Numbered from the stretch's first letter, positions 46,458 to 57,205 are shown. The stretch: DNA of 63,432 bases from a bacterium (GCA_021158225.1 JAGGUZ010000015.1:1-63432), one strand, 5' to 3'. The notes: generated by a model from the sequence alone, not told the origin. Made by a program: numbers and translations.

Positions 46458-46470
46458 TTTTTACTGAGGA

Positions 46471-47823
46471 TTAAAAAGCTGAGGTTTTTCCATTTTGCAT
46501 ATCTAAAATAGTGTCCGTGGATCGTTCGTATTTTAATGTAACATCATATTGAGCACTATAAAAATAATCTATCGGTCCGGTGCCGACACCTATCGTATCA
46601 GTTTCGATATTCAATAGATTGCTAAACAAATCCATTGTTTCTTGCCCAATGTCTTCAACCAAAATTCTATCTCGAACGGTTGAAAGAATGTCAGGTGCTA
46701 CTGTTTGTTGGTATGGAACATATTCTATATTTTTTAGAACTCTGTTAATTTCTTCGTTTAAATAATCCGTAAGGTCTGACCAACCGTAAGATGTGTAAAT
46801 ATGTAGAACCATGTTTTCCGGAAGAAATACAAAATAATCGTTATGATTAAGGTTTGCGTTTAAATTAACTGCGGGATAGCCGGAAAGTTTTAATGTTTTT
46901 TCTTGAAAAGATCCAAAATCACTTTTATAAATCGATTCCAAGTTTTCCGTATAATCTGAGTTAGAAATGCCTTCTTCATTTTGGTCCAGATGGAAAGTCA
47001 TACTTGCCGAAAAAGGGAAGGCGACTTCATAAGAGCTTTGATTATTAATCTTGTCTTGTTTCCAGAAAACAATCTCATCTTTATTGTTAATTACTTGCCA
47101 ATCGAAAGGTCTTTTAGTTTTAAAAGCATAATTTGCATGGATTTCTTCCGGCCAATTTGTTGATATATCAAACGGAGTTTCATTATTATTTTTTACAATT
47201 TCCATTCTATACATAATTTCTATTAATTCACCGCGTGTAATTGAACGTCCGGCATTTAGTTTACCATCATTCTGAGGCTTAATGATGTGCTTTTCCTTGG
47301 AATAATATGCATAAGGAGCATACCATGCATCGTTTGGTACATCCGGGAAAATTAGCGTGTTTTCCTCTAAAGTTGGAAGATCAACATTATTTGTGGATAG
47401 AATCATTTTTAAAGTTTCCGCAATATTTTGAATTTGCTCCGGTTTAAAAGTTCCATCGTCATAACCTTTTACTATGTTGAGTTTTTTCGCCTTTTTAATA
47501 TAAGGATAGAACCAGTCTTTAGCTGTAACATCGGGAAAAACAGCTTCTCCACTTTCGTATCCAGATGTGTCGATTGAAGATGCCAGTAGAATTATTTTTA
47601 GAGCTTCTGCTCTGTTTGCTTCTTTATCCGGCCTAAAAGTCCCGTCGAGATATCCTTGTATTACGCCTTCTTGTCTAAAATGTTCAATTGCTACGAAATA
47701 AGGAGAATTACTCTCTACATCCGGAAAAGATTCTTGCTTAATAGCTTGCGCAAAAACAGTTTGGTTTCCAAGTACTAGCAAACAGGTAATTAATAATGTA
47801 TTAATATATGATTTTATATTCAC
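46471..47823 (-). CDS. secreted SLH-domain protein (three N-terminal SLH repeats plus an unknown C-terminal domain)
   Basis: GTG start sharing 1 nt with the lgt stop. Signal peptide LLITCLLVLGNQTVFAQA. SLH motifs are FPDVESNSPYFVAIEHFRQEGVIQGY...NRAEALKIILLA, FPDVTAKDWFYPYIKKAKKLNIVKGY and FPDVPNDAWYAPYAYY...ITRGELIEIMYRM. Confidence 0.8.
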   Translation of the reverse strand: MNIKSYINTLLITCLLVLGNQTVFAQAIKQESFPDVESNSPYFVAIEHFRQEGVIQGYLDGTFRPDKEANRAEALKIILLASSIDTSGYESGEAVFPDVTAKDWFYPYIKKAKKLNIVKGYDDGTFKPEQIQNIAETLKMILSTNNVDLPTLEENTLIFPDVPNDAWYAPYAYYSKEKHIIKPQNDGKLNAGRSITRGELIEIMYRMEIVKNNNETPFDISTNWPEEIHANYAFKTKRPFDWQVINNKDEIVFWKQDKINNQSSYEVAFPFSASMTFHLDQNEEGISNSDYTENLESIYKSDFGSFQEKTLKLSGYPAVNLNANLNHNDYFVFLPENMVLHIYTSYGWSDLTDYLNEEINRVLKNIEYVPYQQTVAPDILSTVRDRILVEDIGQETMDLFSNLLNIETDTIGVGTGPIDYFYSAQYDVTLKYERSTDTILDMQNGKTSAF

Positions 47824-48581
47824 TATTTTTTTCCTTTAGCAATTTTAAGGCTGAGGAGCGGGACAAAAATTATAAACAGTCCAATACATATCCACTGTGT
47901 AATTGTAAGTCCGACATATCTTGGATCAGAAAGAGTATCCAAGTCAATTGACCTTGTAAAGTCTATTAAAAATCTTGCAATTGCATACCAAACTATAAAT
48001 ATATAAGCCATCAAACCCTCTCTTTTAACGAAAGGTTTTAAAAGAATCAAGAAAAGAAAAAGTATTAACGCATTAATTGCAAGATATAAAGAAGGCTCGT
48101 TTCTTAAATCTCCTTGATAGTATGAACCCAGAAAAAATGAAGTTCTGCTTCCGATATTACTTCCAATTAAATAATCACCTATTCGTCCGATTGCAATAGC
48201 AAGTGCGGCGCCCGGGGCAATAATGTCAAAAGATTTCCAGAATGAAAGTTTTTTAAGTTTTGTGTAAGCCAAAACAGAAACAGATGCAAGGAGGGCGCCT
48301 CCTATAAAAACGAGTCCTCCATAATTCAATTTTATAATGCCAAGCCAATCATCTTTAAACATATCCCAGTGTTCACCTACATAAAACAGACGGCTCCCTA
48401 TAATTGCTGCAATAAATATTATGATGAAAATATCAATAAAATTTTCTGAATTCATTTTCTTCTTTTTTGCTTCTTTAACTGCCAGAAGTAATGCAAACAG
48501 CATTCCAACAGCAACCAAGAGGCCCCAGATTTGAATATTTACCGGGCCAATCCCAATACTTGAAAATTTTGAGAAGTCCAT
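47823..48581 (-). CDS. lgt: prolipoprotein diacylglyceryl transferase
   Basis: Polytopic membrane protein with Lgt patterns IQIWGLLVAVGMLFA, GSRLFYV, GGLVFIGGALLA and AIGRIGDYLIGSNIG. Confidence 0.75.
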   Translation of the reverse strand: MDFSKFSSIGIGPVNIQIWGLLVAVGMLFALLLAVKEAKKKKMNSENFIDIFIIIFIAAIIGSRLFYVGEHWDMFKDDWLGIIKLNYGGLVFIGGALLASVSVLAYTKLKKLSFWKSFDIIAPGAALAIAIGRIGDYLIGSNIGSRTSFFLGSYYQGDLRNEPSLYLAINALILFLFLILLKPFVKREGLMAYIFIVWYAIARFLIDFTRSIDLDTLSDPRYVGLTITQWICIGLFIIFVPLLSLKIAKGKK

Positions 48582-48605
48582 ATTACTTTTTATGTTATAG
48601 GATTG

Positions 48606-49580
48606 TTATTGAAGAAAACTATCTATTACACTTTTCATTTTTTCGTACGGCACGGCTCCTCCTATAAAGTTATCGTTTACGAAGAATCCGGGAGTTCCGT
48701 TTACGCCGAACTCAAGAGCTTCATCTGTTTGAGCTTTTATTTTGTCTGCATACTTGTTTTCGCTTATACAAGTGTCGAAACTCTTATTTTTAATACCCAG
48801 TTTTTTTGCTCCATCATCTATAAAATCAGGAACTTTCTTATCTTTTAAATCAGCTTGATTATCCATTAAGTAAGCGTTCATCTCCCAGAATTTATCATGT
48901 TCACCCGCACATTCCGCAGCATTGGAAAGCATTTCGTCAGGTCCGCCTCTGTCGAAGTTCTTATATACATAACTTACTTTATCCGGATATTCTTCCATAA
49001 CTTTGTTCATAACATCTTTCATGTCTGCACAATGAGGGCATGTAAAACTGCTGTACTCAATTATGGTAACGGGAGCTTCTCCGGGGGTTGCACCTTCGTG
49101 TTGAGCATCGCCTGCTGTTGGAATTTGAAGATATTTATAAGGTTGTAATTTAACCATATATGTATCGCCTTCTTCCGTAAAAAATGAAGCTGACTTTGTA
49201 TAAAAATCCGTCTCGTCTATTTCTTTATCGAAAAATAAAACTGGGAGTGTTTTTAAGTCATAATCTTTAACATATTTTTTACCTTCATCGCTACTAATAT
49301 CTACATCCTTTATTTTTAACTCACGACCGATTTCATCTTGAAGTTTGTCCATATTCTTTGCAATATCATACGGAGGGTTTTCTATTGATGAATCTTCAAG
49401 AATTGCAACTCCTATTTTACTTGGACCTGTTTCTATGCCGAAAGTATTGTTAACGAAAGTCTTAAACGAAACGCTTTTGTCATATGCTATAAAAAGTCCA
49501 AGAATAATAACAAGAACAATCGAAGTTATCATCCAAGGATTTAATTTAAACTTCTTTGAGGTTTTTCTTTTTTTCGCCAT
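48606..49580 (-). CDS. membrane-anchored DsbA-family thiol:disulfide oxidoreductase
   Basis: N-terminal TM (WMITSIVLVIILGLFIAY) and a thioredoxin-fold active site FTCPHCADM. The C-terminal GVNGTPGFFVND is the typical cis-Pro loop region. Confidence 0.75.
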   Translation of the reverse strand: MAKKRKTSKKFKLNPWMITSIVLVIILGLFIAYDKSVSFKTFVNNTFGIETGPSKIGVAILEDSSIENPPYDIAKNMDKLQDEIGRELKIKDVDISSDEGKKYVKDYDLKTLPVLFFDKEIDETDFYTKSASFFTEEGDTYMVKLQPYKYLQIPTAGDAQHEGATPGEAPVTIIEYSSFTCPHCADMKDVMNKVMEEYPDKVSYVYKNFDRGGPDEMLSNAAECAGEHDKFWEMNAYLMDNQADLKDKKVPDFIDDGAKKLGIKNKSFDTCISENKYADKIKAQTDEALEFGVNGTPGFFVNDNFIGGAVPYEKMKSVIDSFLQ

Positions 49581-49647
49581 TTTTCAAAAGTTAAGATTGA
49601 TGCAATTGCACCTAATCTATAATATATCACTGCGCTCAATAGTCAAA

Positions 49648-51000
49648 TTAATACAACAATTCTCCGGGTGAGTATTTATCAAGATTTTTTTCGCCTATTT
49701 TACTTATTAGTTCATCTATTACTTGGTCGAATTTAACTATTTCTTGAGTTCCTTTTTCCATATTGCGAATAATAATTGTGCCTTCTCTTACCTCTGTAAT
49801 TCCGAGTATAAGAGTATATGGAACATTAAATTTATCAGCTAATTTTAATTGCTGTCTCATTGATCCTTTGCCAAGAGCTCCTATTGTTCTAATGCCATAT
49901 TCTCTCATTTCATCAATAAGTTTTAGGCATTTTTTCTTGGCTTCTTTTCCAAGTTGGGCGACAAAAACATGTATATTATCTTTATGCGGAACTCTAACTT
50001 TTTCACGTTTCATGTGTGCGATAATCCGTTCTATACCAGCGGCATATCCAACTGCCGGGGTAGGAAGTCCTCCCATTTTTTCAATTAAACCGTCGTAACG
50101 ACCTCCTCCTCCAATAGCGTTTTGAGCTCCTTCTTTTGCATCCCAGAATTCAAAAACGGTGTTGGAATAGTAATCAAGACCTCTAACTAGTTTTGGATTC
50201 TCTGTAAATGGAATATCTAGCTCGTTTAAATATGATTTTACATCCTCATAATATTCCAAGCTTTCTTTCGAAAGATAATCTGTCATTTTTGGGGCAAGTT
50301 CAGCCAAAATCATGCAATCTTCGTTTTTACAATCAAGCAGTCTTAATGGATTTTTTTGAAGTCTCACTTTGCAATGTTCGCAAAGAGAACGTTCTTTGTC
50401 ATAATAGTAATCTTTAAGAGCTTGGATATAACTTTTTCTGTCTTCAAGAGATCCGATTGTATTTAATTGAATATCAAAAAGTTTTTCAATTCCAAGATCT
50501 TCGTTAATCTTATTTGCGAGAAGAATTACTTGTGCGTCCAATGCCGCATCAAGTTCTCCAATAATTTCAAATCCGAGTTGCCAAAACTGCCTGTATCTTC
50601 CTTTCTGCGGGCGATCGTATCTAAAGTGAGGTTCTATATAATATAATTCTACAGGTTGCGGAAGCTGTTTCATGCCGTGTTCTATGTAGGCACGAACGAC
50701 TCCGGCTGTTCCTTCGGGTTTTAATGTTAAATTTCGTCCTTTTTTGTCCTCAAAAGTGTACATTTCTTTTTCAACGATATCTGTTGCGTCTCCTATGCTT
50801 CTTGCGAAAACATTTGTATATTCAAAAATTGGAGTTGAGATTCTTTTAAAGCCGGCTTGCCTAAGCCTGTGCCTGACAACCTTCTTGATGTAAGTGTAAT
50901 ACTCGTGATCGTAAGGAAGTATGTCGTGAACACCTTTTGGAGTTTGAAATGGTTTGATTTTAGATGGTAGAGAGGCTTTTTGATTTTTATCTCTTGTCAT
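49648..51000 (-). CDS. hisS: histidine--tRNA ligase
   Basis: Class II motifs include RYDRPQKGRYRQFWQ, the HisA/HisB boxes and GGGRYDGL, plus an anticodon-binding C-terminal domain. Confidence 0.93.
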   Translation of the reverse strand: MTRDKNQKASLPSKIKPFQTPKGVHDILPYDHEYYTYIKKVVRHRLRQAGFKRISTPIFEYTNVFARSIGDATDIVEKEMYTFEDKKGRNLTLKPEGTAGVVRAYIEHGMKQLPQPVELYYIEPHFRYDRPQKGRYRQFWQLGFEIIGELDAALDAQVILLANKINEDLGIEKLFDIQLNTIGSLEDRKSYIQALKDYYYDKERSLCEHCKVRLQKNPLRLLDCKNEDCMILAELAPKMTDYLSKESLEYYEDVKSYLNELDIPFTENPKLVRGLDYYSNTVFEFWDAKEGAQNAIGGGGRYDGLIEKMGGLPTPAVGYAAGIERIIAHMKREKVRVPHKDNIHVFVAQLGKEAKKKCLKLIDEMREYGIRTIGALGKGSMRQQLKLADKFNVPYTLILGITEVREGTIIIRNMEKGTQEIVKFDQVIDELISKIGEKNLDKYSPGELLY

Positions 51001-51050
51001 TGTCGTTGATTAATGAGTTAGCTCATATAATATACTTTATTGTGATTAAA

Positions 51051-52079
51051 TCAAGTTTTGTAGGTCCTCTGTTTATTTTTCCCTCGAGTGGAACGGTAAA
51101 TCATTCGAATGCCATGTCTTGATGCGTGTGCAAGTCCGATTGAAATAAACACAAGGTCTCGGATTCTTATAATAAGGACAAAAACAAAAACATTTATTGA
51201 GACACCAAGCAGTGCGAATATTCCCGCGTGACTTCCTTCAAGCATTCCAAGTGCTCCGGGTACTGGAATTATATAAGAGATTCCCGGGATGGTTGCACTT
51301 ATAAAAGATTGTAAAAATGTTAATTTAACTCCAAGAAAAAGAGCAATTAAAAAATGTTCCAAAACCATAAAAAATACCGTACAAAATGATATAAACAGCA
51401 AAAATATGAACCTTTTTGCGTTTTGAGTGTAGAATTTCGCCATTTGTTTTTCGATATGTGCAATTGTCTTTTCGTTTTTTTTAATCCATTTTAATTTGTT
51501 CAGTCTTAAAAATTTTAGAATTGAGCTAAAAAAACCTATGTGTTTCATGGTTGCGTAATAAAACCAAAATATTATTCCACCAAAGAATATCAAGAATCCT
51601 ATTAACATAAGTTCCGCTTTCCCGCTAAAAATAGAACCTTCTATAATGGAAGCTATAATTCCCGAAAAAATAAATAGTATAAGAGCTGTGTATTCAAAGA
51701 CCTTGTCTATTACAGTAGATGATATTGCCGCTTTTGCTTCGACTCCTTCTTCTTGTAAAAAGAAGATTCTAACCGGTTCTCCGCCTGTTGTTGCGGCGGG
51801 GGTTAAATAACTTACCGCATAAGCTGCCATTCTATGAAGAAATAATCTGTAAAAAGGCACTTTATGTTTTTTGTCTTGATGACGTAAGATGATGTGCCAT
51901 CTTAAAGTAAATAAAGCAAAATTAAGAAGGGATAAAACAAGGAATATTATAAAATTTGCAAGGGAAAATGTAGATAGGCTTTTCCCGATTGAATCAAGTC
52001 CTGTGTTAAAAAGAACAGATAGAAAAAGTAATATGCCGGTTACCAAAAATAACAAGAAAAAGAATGTTCGTTTTATCAT
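51051..52079 (-). CDS. polytopic membrane protein, UPF0104/lysyl-phosphatidylglycerol-synthase-TM-like (flippase-like) family
   Basis: About 8 TM helices. Family-like features include WHIILRHQ, LTPAATTGGEPVRIFFL and PGALGMLEGS. The assignment rests on pattern memory only. Confidence 0.45.
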   Translation of the reverse strand: MIKRTFFFLLFLVTGILLFLSVLFNTGLDSIGKSLSTFSLANFIIFLVLSLLNFALFTLRWHIILRHQDKKHKVPFYRLFLHRMAAYAVSYLTPAATTGGEPVRIFFLQEEGVEAKAAISSTVIDKVFEYTALILFIFSGIIASIIEGSIFSGKAELMLIGFLIFFGGIIFWFYYATMKHIGFFSSILKFLRLNKLKWIKKNEKTIAHIEKQMAKFYTQNAKRFIFLLFISFCTVFFMVLEHFLIALFLGVKLTFLQSFISATIPGISYIIPVPGALGMLEGSHAGIFALLGVSINVFVFVLIIRIRDLVFISIGLAHASRHGIRMIYRSTRGKNKQRTYKT

Positions 52080-52129
52080 AATATTACATTGAGCATTTTA
52101 GAAAAGCTTTACAAGTTTACCTAAAAATT

Positions 52130-53161
52130 CTAAAAAGTAAAATTCGCACTTGGTATAAGATTGCGAATTTTTTTATATCTTTCCTTGTTTTTTAAATACA
52201 TGAAGTATCCGCAAGATGCTATCATTGCACCATTGTCGGTACAAAATTCAATACTTTTCGGATATTTTATAGGGACTTTGTAGGGTTTAAAAGTTTCTTG
52301 TGTATATTTTCTTAAAAAAAGATTTGCGGATACACCTCCTGCAAGGTGAATTTCTTTTGGTCTATATGTATCGTAAGCTTTTAGTAAATTAGCTACAAGA
52401 GTTTCAGTAACTGTTTTCTGGAATGTAGCCGACATATTTGCAACGAACTCTTTACTTAAATCTGTAGGATTAAAATCTTTCCCGGCATGTGCTTGCACCT
52501 CGTAAAGTACGGCTGTTTTTAAACCGGAAAAACTAAAGTCATACGGACTATCCAGCTTTGCCTTCGGTAGTAAGAAACTTTCCGGGTCGCCGTTTTTAGC
52601 CACTTTCTGAATTGCGGGACCTCCCGGATATTCAAGACCCAGTAATTTTGCCACTTTATCAAAAGCTTCGCCGGCGGAATCATCGTGCGATTGGCCAAGT
52701 AATTCAAATGAGCCGTGGTCTTTCATAAGGATGAGGTCGTTGTGTCCTCCGGAAACTGTAAGAACTAATATCGGGAACTTGAAATCTTCATTTCTGTTGC
52801 ACCAATTTCCGTAAATATGTCCAAGAATATGATTAACTGGGATTAACGGTTTTTTCTTAATTAGCGCAAGCGTGGATGCGGTGAGTGATCCGGTTATAAG
52901 TGCGCTTATAAGCCCCGGACCTGGGACTCCGGCAATTGCGTCTATGTTGTTCCAACCGGTGTTTGCCTCTTTTAGAGTCTGCTCGATTACGGGAATTATT
53001 TTTAGAATATGTTCGCGTGCGGCAACCTCCGGTACAACTCCTCCGGTTTTTTTGTGAATGTTGATTTGTGAAGCTATCACGTTTGAAAGCACTTTATGGC
53101 CGTCTTCTACTACGGCAACAGCTGTTTCATCGCATGATGTTTCAATTCCGAGTATTCGCAT
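52130..53161 (-). CDS. tsaD: tRNA N6-adenosine threonylcarbamoyltransferase TsaD
   Basis: MRILGIETSCDETAVAVV, HILGHIY, SGGHN and GGVSAN are ASKHA-fold Kae1/TsaD signatures. Confidence 0.93.
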   Translation of the reverse strand: MRILGIETSCDETAVAVVEDGHKVLSNVIASQINIHKKTGGVVPEVAAREHILKIIPVIEQTLKEANTGWNNIDAIAGVPGPGLISALITGSLTASTLALIKKKPLIPVNHILGHIYGNWCNRNEDFKFPILVLTVSGGHNDLILMKDHGSFELLGQSHDDSAGEAFDKVAKLLGLEYPGGPAIQKVAKNGDPESFLLPKAKLDSPYDFSFSGLKTAVLYEVQAHAGKDFNPTDLSKEFVANMSATFQKTVTETLVANLLKAYDTYRPKEIHLAGGVSANLFLRKYTQETFKPYKVPIKYPKSIEFCTDNGAMIASCGYFMYLKNKERYKKIRNLIPSANFTF

Positions 53162-53293
53162 ATATCTTATAAAAAAGTGCAGTTTGTAGTATAATCAATA
53201 GTAAGGTAAAAACACAATAATGAGTTTGCTTTGCTCACGACTTCGCTCGCAATAGCATTTTGCTTGCAAAGAGACTCGCTAACTCCTCGCTGA

Positions 53294-54607
53294 ATGAAAC
53301 CGACCTCCATTAAAATTATTGAGAAGTTGCGTGCGCACGGGCATCAAGCCTATTGGGCGGGTGGTTGCGTGCGTGATATTTTGCTTGGGTATGAGCCAAA
53401 CGACTATGATATAGCTACTTCTGCCAAACCTAATGAAATTGAGAAGATTCTTGAAAATACGAAATCTGTTGGTAAAGAGTTTGGCGTTATTTTGGTTATA
53501 GAGGGTAAGCATTCTTTTGAAGTTGCAACCTTTAGGAGTGATTCAGGTTATTCCGATGGTCGTCGTCCCGATGCTATTTTGTTTACCGACGCAAAAGAAG
53601 ATGCGTTAAGGCGTGATTTTACAATAAACGGAATGTTTTACGATCCGCTAACCGATGAGATTTTGGATTATGTTGGAGGGCAAAAAGATCTTGATGCCGG
53701 GCTTATTCGTTTTATTGGCAATCCTCATAAAAGAATTTTGGAAGACCACTTAAGAATTCTTCGTGCTGTTAGATTTAAAAATCAGTTTGATTTCCAGTAT
53801 CATCCGAACACTTACAAGGCTTTAAAAAATCATGCGGTACTGGTTGAGAATGTTGTGGCTGAACGTGTTCAGTACGAATTAAACAGAATGATAGAGGGTA
53901 AAAATCGTACTCAGGCTTTCGAGGATTTAAGCGAGATTGGCATTTTAGGGCATGTCATTCCCGAACTTGAGGATCTCCATGGCGTTCCACAGCCAAAACA
54001 GTATCATCAGGAAGGGGATGTTTGGGATCATAGTTTGCGTGCTTTAAAAGAGTGTGACGATAACGCCTCGCGTGATGTTAAGTGGGCGAGTTTATTACAC
54101 GATATAGGTAAGCCTGACACTTTTAAACTAAAAAAGAGGATTAGATACGATCATCATGTTGAGAGGAGTAAAGAGATTGTTCATGATATTTTTACACGTC
54201 TCAAATTTCCCAAAAAGGATAGAAAGGAAGTGGAGTGGCTTGTCCTTCATCATATGATAATGGTTCCATTGGTAGAAATGCCGGATGGAAAGGCAAGGAA
54301 ATGGTTTTTAAAGGAGAATTTTCTTAATTTAATGCAGGTGTTTGAAGCCGATGCAAAAGGAATTATTCCCACAGATATGTCGCTTTACGATAAAATACTT
54401 GCTCGTTACAGAGCAGTTGTTAAGGATATGCCTGTTAAACCAAAACCGCTTATAACCGGGCGCGATGTGATGAAAATTTTACAAATTCCCCCGAGTGAAA
54501 AAGTCGGTAAGATTTTGGATGAAATATATGAAAAGCAACTCGCAAAAGAAATTAAAACAAGAGCTCAGGCGCTTTCTTTTTTAAAGACTAAATCTTTTGC
54601 AGATTAA
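53294..54607 (+). CDS. cca: CCA-adding tRNA nucleotidyltransferase with HD domain
   Basis: Class II nucleotidyltransferase head YWAGGCVRDILLG...DYDIAT, RRDFTINGMFYD and LRILRAVRF, followed by an HD region LLHDIGK. Confidence 0.85.
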   Translation: MKPTSIKIIEKLRAHGHQAYWAGGCVRDILLGYEPNDYDIATSAKPNEIEKILENTKSVGKEFGVILVIEGKHSFEVATFRSDSGYSDGRRPDAILFTDAKEDALRRDFTINGMFYDPLTDEILDYVGGQKDLDAGLIRFIGNPHKRILEDHLRILRAVRFKNQFDFQYHPNTYKALKNHAVLVENVVAERVQYELNRMIEGKNRTQAFEDLSEIGILGHVIPELEDLHGVPQPKQYHQEGDVWDHSLRALKECDDNASRDVKWASLLHDIGKPDTFKLKKRIRYDHHVERSKEIVHDIFTRLKFPKKDRKEVEWLVLHHMIMVPLVEMPDGKARKWFLKENFLNLMQVFEADAKGIIPTDMSLYDKILARYRAVVKDMPVKPKPLITGRDVMKILQIPPSEKVGKILDEIYEKQLAKEIKTRAQALSFLKTKSFAD

Positions 54608-55748
54608 GTTCTTTGTATAAAGATTTTTTATAAGTCCAAAGGGCGCCAAATCCTATAAATACAGTTAGAATAGCAATAAGACCTCCGACAAGCGGAACTA
54701 AGCTTACTATCTCGATAATAAATATTCCAAGGGCACCGATACCGAATAATTTTCCTTTGGTCATTTTTTTTGGATTTATTAAAAGTCGTCCTATAAAAAT
54801 TCCGGCATAAATTTTTGCGAGATATATTGTAACAAGAAAAACGGCAAGTAATATGCCTGCAAGCGGAAGCCCGATGAGGGTTACTCCAAGCACTATTACG
54901 GATGCGATTGTACTTAAAGCTATTACAAGTCCAAGCCCCATGCTTCTCCAGGGATTAGATTTCGCAATATCGGCAGTTTTAATAAGTGTTTTAGGAAACA
55001 GCATTGTAAGTACAAACGCAATAATGACCATTGATAAATATCCGATAAATTTAAGGATAAAATATGCTTTATAGAAAAAATCTTTTATATTGCCTCCAAT
55101 ATCGGTTTGTTTTTTAACTATCTTGTTGTATTCGATAAATCCTTCTACTTGATCTTCGTGAAATTCGGCTTTTCGCAGTCCGTTATATATAAAATTCCCG
55201 TTAATTTTAGCTTTTTCCGTTAAAGCTATTGTGTCTTGCACTGTAACATCCACATCTCCGTAAACGCTACCGCCGAGTATAATTCTACCGCCTCCTCCTT
55301 TTATGTCTTCATTGATTGTACCGAGAATATTTGAGAATCTGTTGCCTAAAATAAGCGATCCACCTATAAGACTATCTGATGAGACATTTAACTGACCTCC
55401 TGTTGCAATTAAATCGTCTCCTATGTTTCCGTTTACAAAAATAGACCCGCCACCGATTCTTGCATCATCGATTACATCTCCATTTATTGTTATTTGCCCT
55501 CCGGCTACTACTAAATCGCCGTTTATGTTTCCATTTATTGTGGTTTGTCCCCCAACTACAAACAAGTCTCCGTCAATATTATTGTTTATTGTTATTACTC
55601 CACCGGCGATGTAAGCATCATCAAGAATTTCTTCGTCGGATGATAGCTCGTTATCGGCCAGAAATGTAACGGCTAAAGTTGTCGGAGTGCCGAAGGCAAT
55701 AAAAATACCGCACGAAATGAGTGTTATTAACAGGTTGCGTTTAATCAT
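54588..55748 (-). CDS. membrane protein with extracytoplasmic bactofilin-like (polymer-forming beta-helix) repeats and a polytopic C-terminal domain
   Basis: Signal peptide, then repeats GGVITINNNIDGDLFVVGGQTTINGNINGDLVVAGGQITINGDVIDDARIGGGSIFVNGNIGDDLIATGGQLNV, then about 4-5 TM helices. Confidence 0.55.
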   Translation of the reverse strand: MIKRNLLITLISCGIFIAFGTPTTLAVTFLADNELSSDEEILDDAYIAGGVITINNNIDGDLFVVGGQTTINGNINGDLVVAGGQITINGDVIDDARIGGGSIFVNGNIGDDLIATGGQLNVSSDSLIGGSLILGNRFSNILGTINEDIKGGGGRIILGGSVYGDVDVTVQDTIALTEKAKINGNFIYNGLRKAEFHEDQVEGFIEYNKIVKKQTDIGGNIKDFFYKAYFILKFIGYLSMVIIAFVLTMLFPKTLIKTADIAKSNPWRSMGLGLVIALSTIASVIVLGVTLIGLPLAGILLAVFLVTIYLAKIYAGIFIGRLLINPKKMTKGKLFGIGALGIFIIEIVSLVPLVGGLIAILTVFIGFGALWTYKKSLYKELNLQKI

Positions 55749-55781
55749 AGAGAAATTTAAGTTAGATTTATTTTATTATAG

Positions 55782-57158
55782 TTAGCGTATTTCCAGCTTG
55801 CAAATAATTTCTATATGATAAGTTTGTGGAAACATGTCAACAGGTTGGACTTCTTTTAACGAGTACTTGTTTTCGCAAAGTATTTTTAAATCACGGGCGA
55901 GTGTTCCCGGATTACACGAAACATAGATAATTCGTTTTGCTTTAATCTTTAACAAATGGTTGCAAAGTGCTTCTGTAAGGCCTGCTCTTGGAGGGTCGAT
56001 GATGACGATGTCAGGATTATCCTCTCTGCCTTCGATTATTTTAAAAGCGTCGCCAGCTTGATATTCAGCATTGGAAATATTATTTAAAAGTGCGTTTTGT
56101 TTTGCGTTTTCAATTGCGTTTTTGTTTAAATCTACACCAAAAATTAGCTTAGCTTTATGTGCGCAAAAAAGCCCAATTGTTCCTGTTCCGCAAAAAAGAT
56201 CGTAAACCGTGTCTGTGTGGCTTATTTCTCCAAGAGCAAGTACATGGTTATATAAAATCTCTGCTTGAAAAGTGTTTGTTTGGAAGAAGGCATCTGGCAG
56301 AATATGAAAAGATAATTTTTGATTATTGTTTATGTGTAATTCTTCAGTTAAATATGGTTTTCCATAGATATTTTCCCTTGTAAAAGTTGTCTTTGCGCCT
56401 TTTTTGGATATGTGTTTTGTAATGTAAATTGAAGTTGGATGTTGAATGTGCGAACTTCCTGTTAGAAGTTTTACAAAATCGTTTTTATATTCGAATTCTT
56501 CATGAGATGTTGTTAGGTTTATCAGCCTTTCTCCTGTCCTTTTCCCTTCACGGACGGTTAATGTTCTAAGTAATCCGGAGTTTGTTTTAAAATTATATGC
56601 CTTAAGATTTTTTTCGTCGGCAAAATTTTGAACAAGCTTAATTAATTCACCAATATCTTCACTTTCCAAATAGCACTCCTTTAAGTCAAAAACATCATAT
56701 CTGTACCCTTTTGGATGAAGTCCGAGATGAATCTTATTATCTTTGTTCATACTAAAAGTAAATTCCATTTTATTTCGATAATGCCATGGAGTTTTACATT
56801 CAATAATTTTTTTAACATGTGTGTCTGAAAAATTTCCGATGTGTTCAAGAGACTCTTTAACCTGTAATTCCTTAAATTCAAGCTGGTTTTTATAATCCAA
56901 GTATTGCATTGAACAACCTCCACATTCATTAAAATGTTTGCACCTTGGCTTAATTCTAATATCCCCAGGAGTTTGGATTTCTTCCATTTTTGCCTCTAGA
57001 AAATTTTGCTTTATTTTAGTAAGTTTGGCTAAAATTTTATCACCTGGAACAGTATTTTCTACGAATACAACTCGGTTGTCATAGTGTCCGATTCCGGCTC
57101 CACCAAATGCTATCTTGGTTATTTCGATCGATATTAGTTCGCCTTTCTTAAGTTGCAT
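55782..57158 (-). CDS. rlmD: 23S rRNA (uracil-5-)-methyltransferase RlmD/RumA family
   Basis: N-terminal TRAM domain, Fe-S cluster cysteines CKHFNECGGCSMQ, SAM motif DLFCGTGTIG, DPPRAG, and catalytic VSCNP. Confidence 0.87.
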   Translation of the reverse strand: MQLKKGELISIEITKIAFGGAGIGHYDNRVVFVENTVPGDKILAKLTKIKQNFLEAKMEEIQTPGDIRIKPRCKHFNECGGCSMQYLDYKNQLEFKELQVKESLEHIGNFSDTHVKKIIECKTPWHYRNKMEFTFSMNKDNKIHLGLHPKGYRYDVFDLKECYLESEDIGELIKLVQNFADEKNLKAYNFKTNSGLLRTLTVREGKRTGERLINLTTSHEEFEYKNDFVKLLTGSSHIQHPTSIYITKHISKKGAKTTFTRENIYGKPYLTEELHINNNQKLSFHILPDAFFQTNTFQAEILYNHVLALGEISHTDTVYDLFCGTGTIGLFCAHKAKLIFGVDLNKNAIENAKQNALLNNISNAEYQAGDAFKIIEGREDNPDIVIIDPPRAGLTEALCNHLLKIKAKRIIYVSCNPGTLARDLKILCENKYSLKEVQPVDMFPQTYHIEIICKLEIR

Positions 57159-57205
57159 ATATGGCGTTACAATAAAGTGCGTATATACTACATTAATTAT
57201 TTCGT

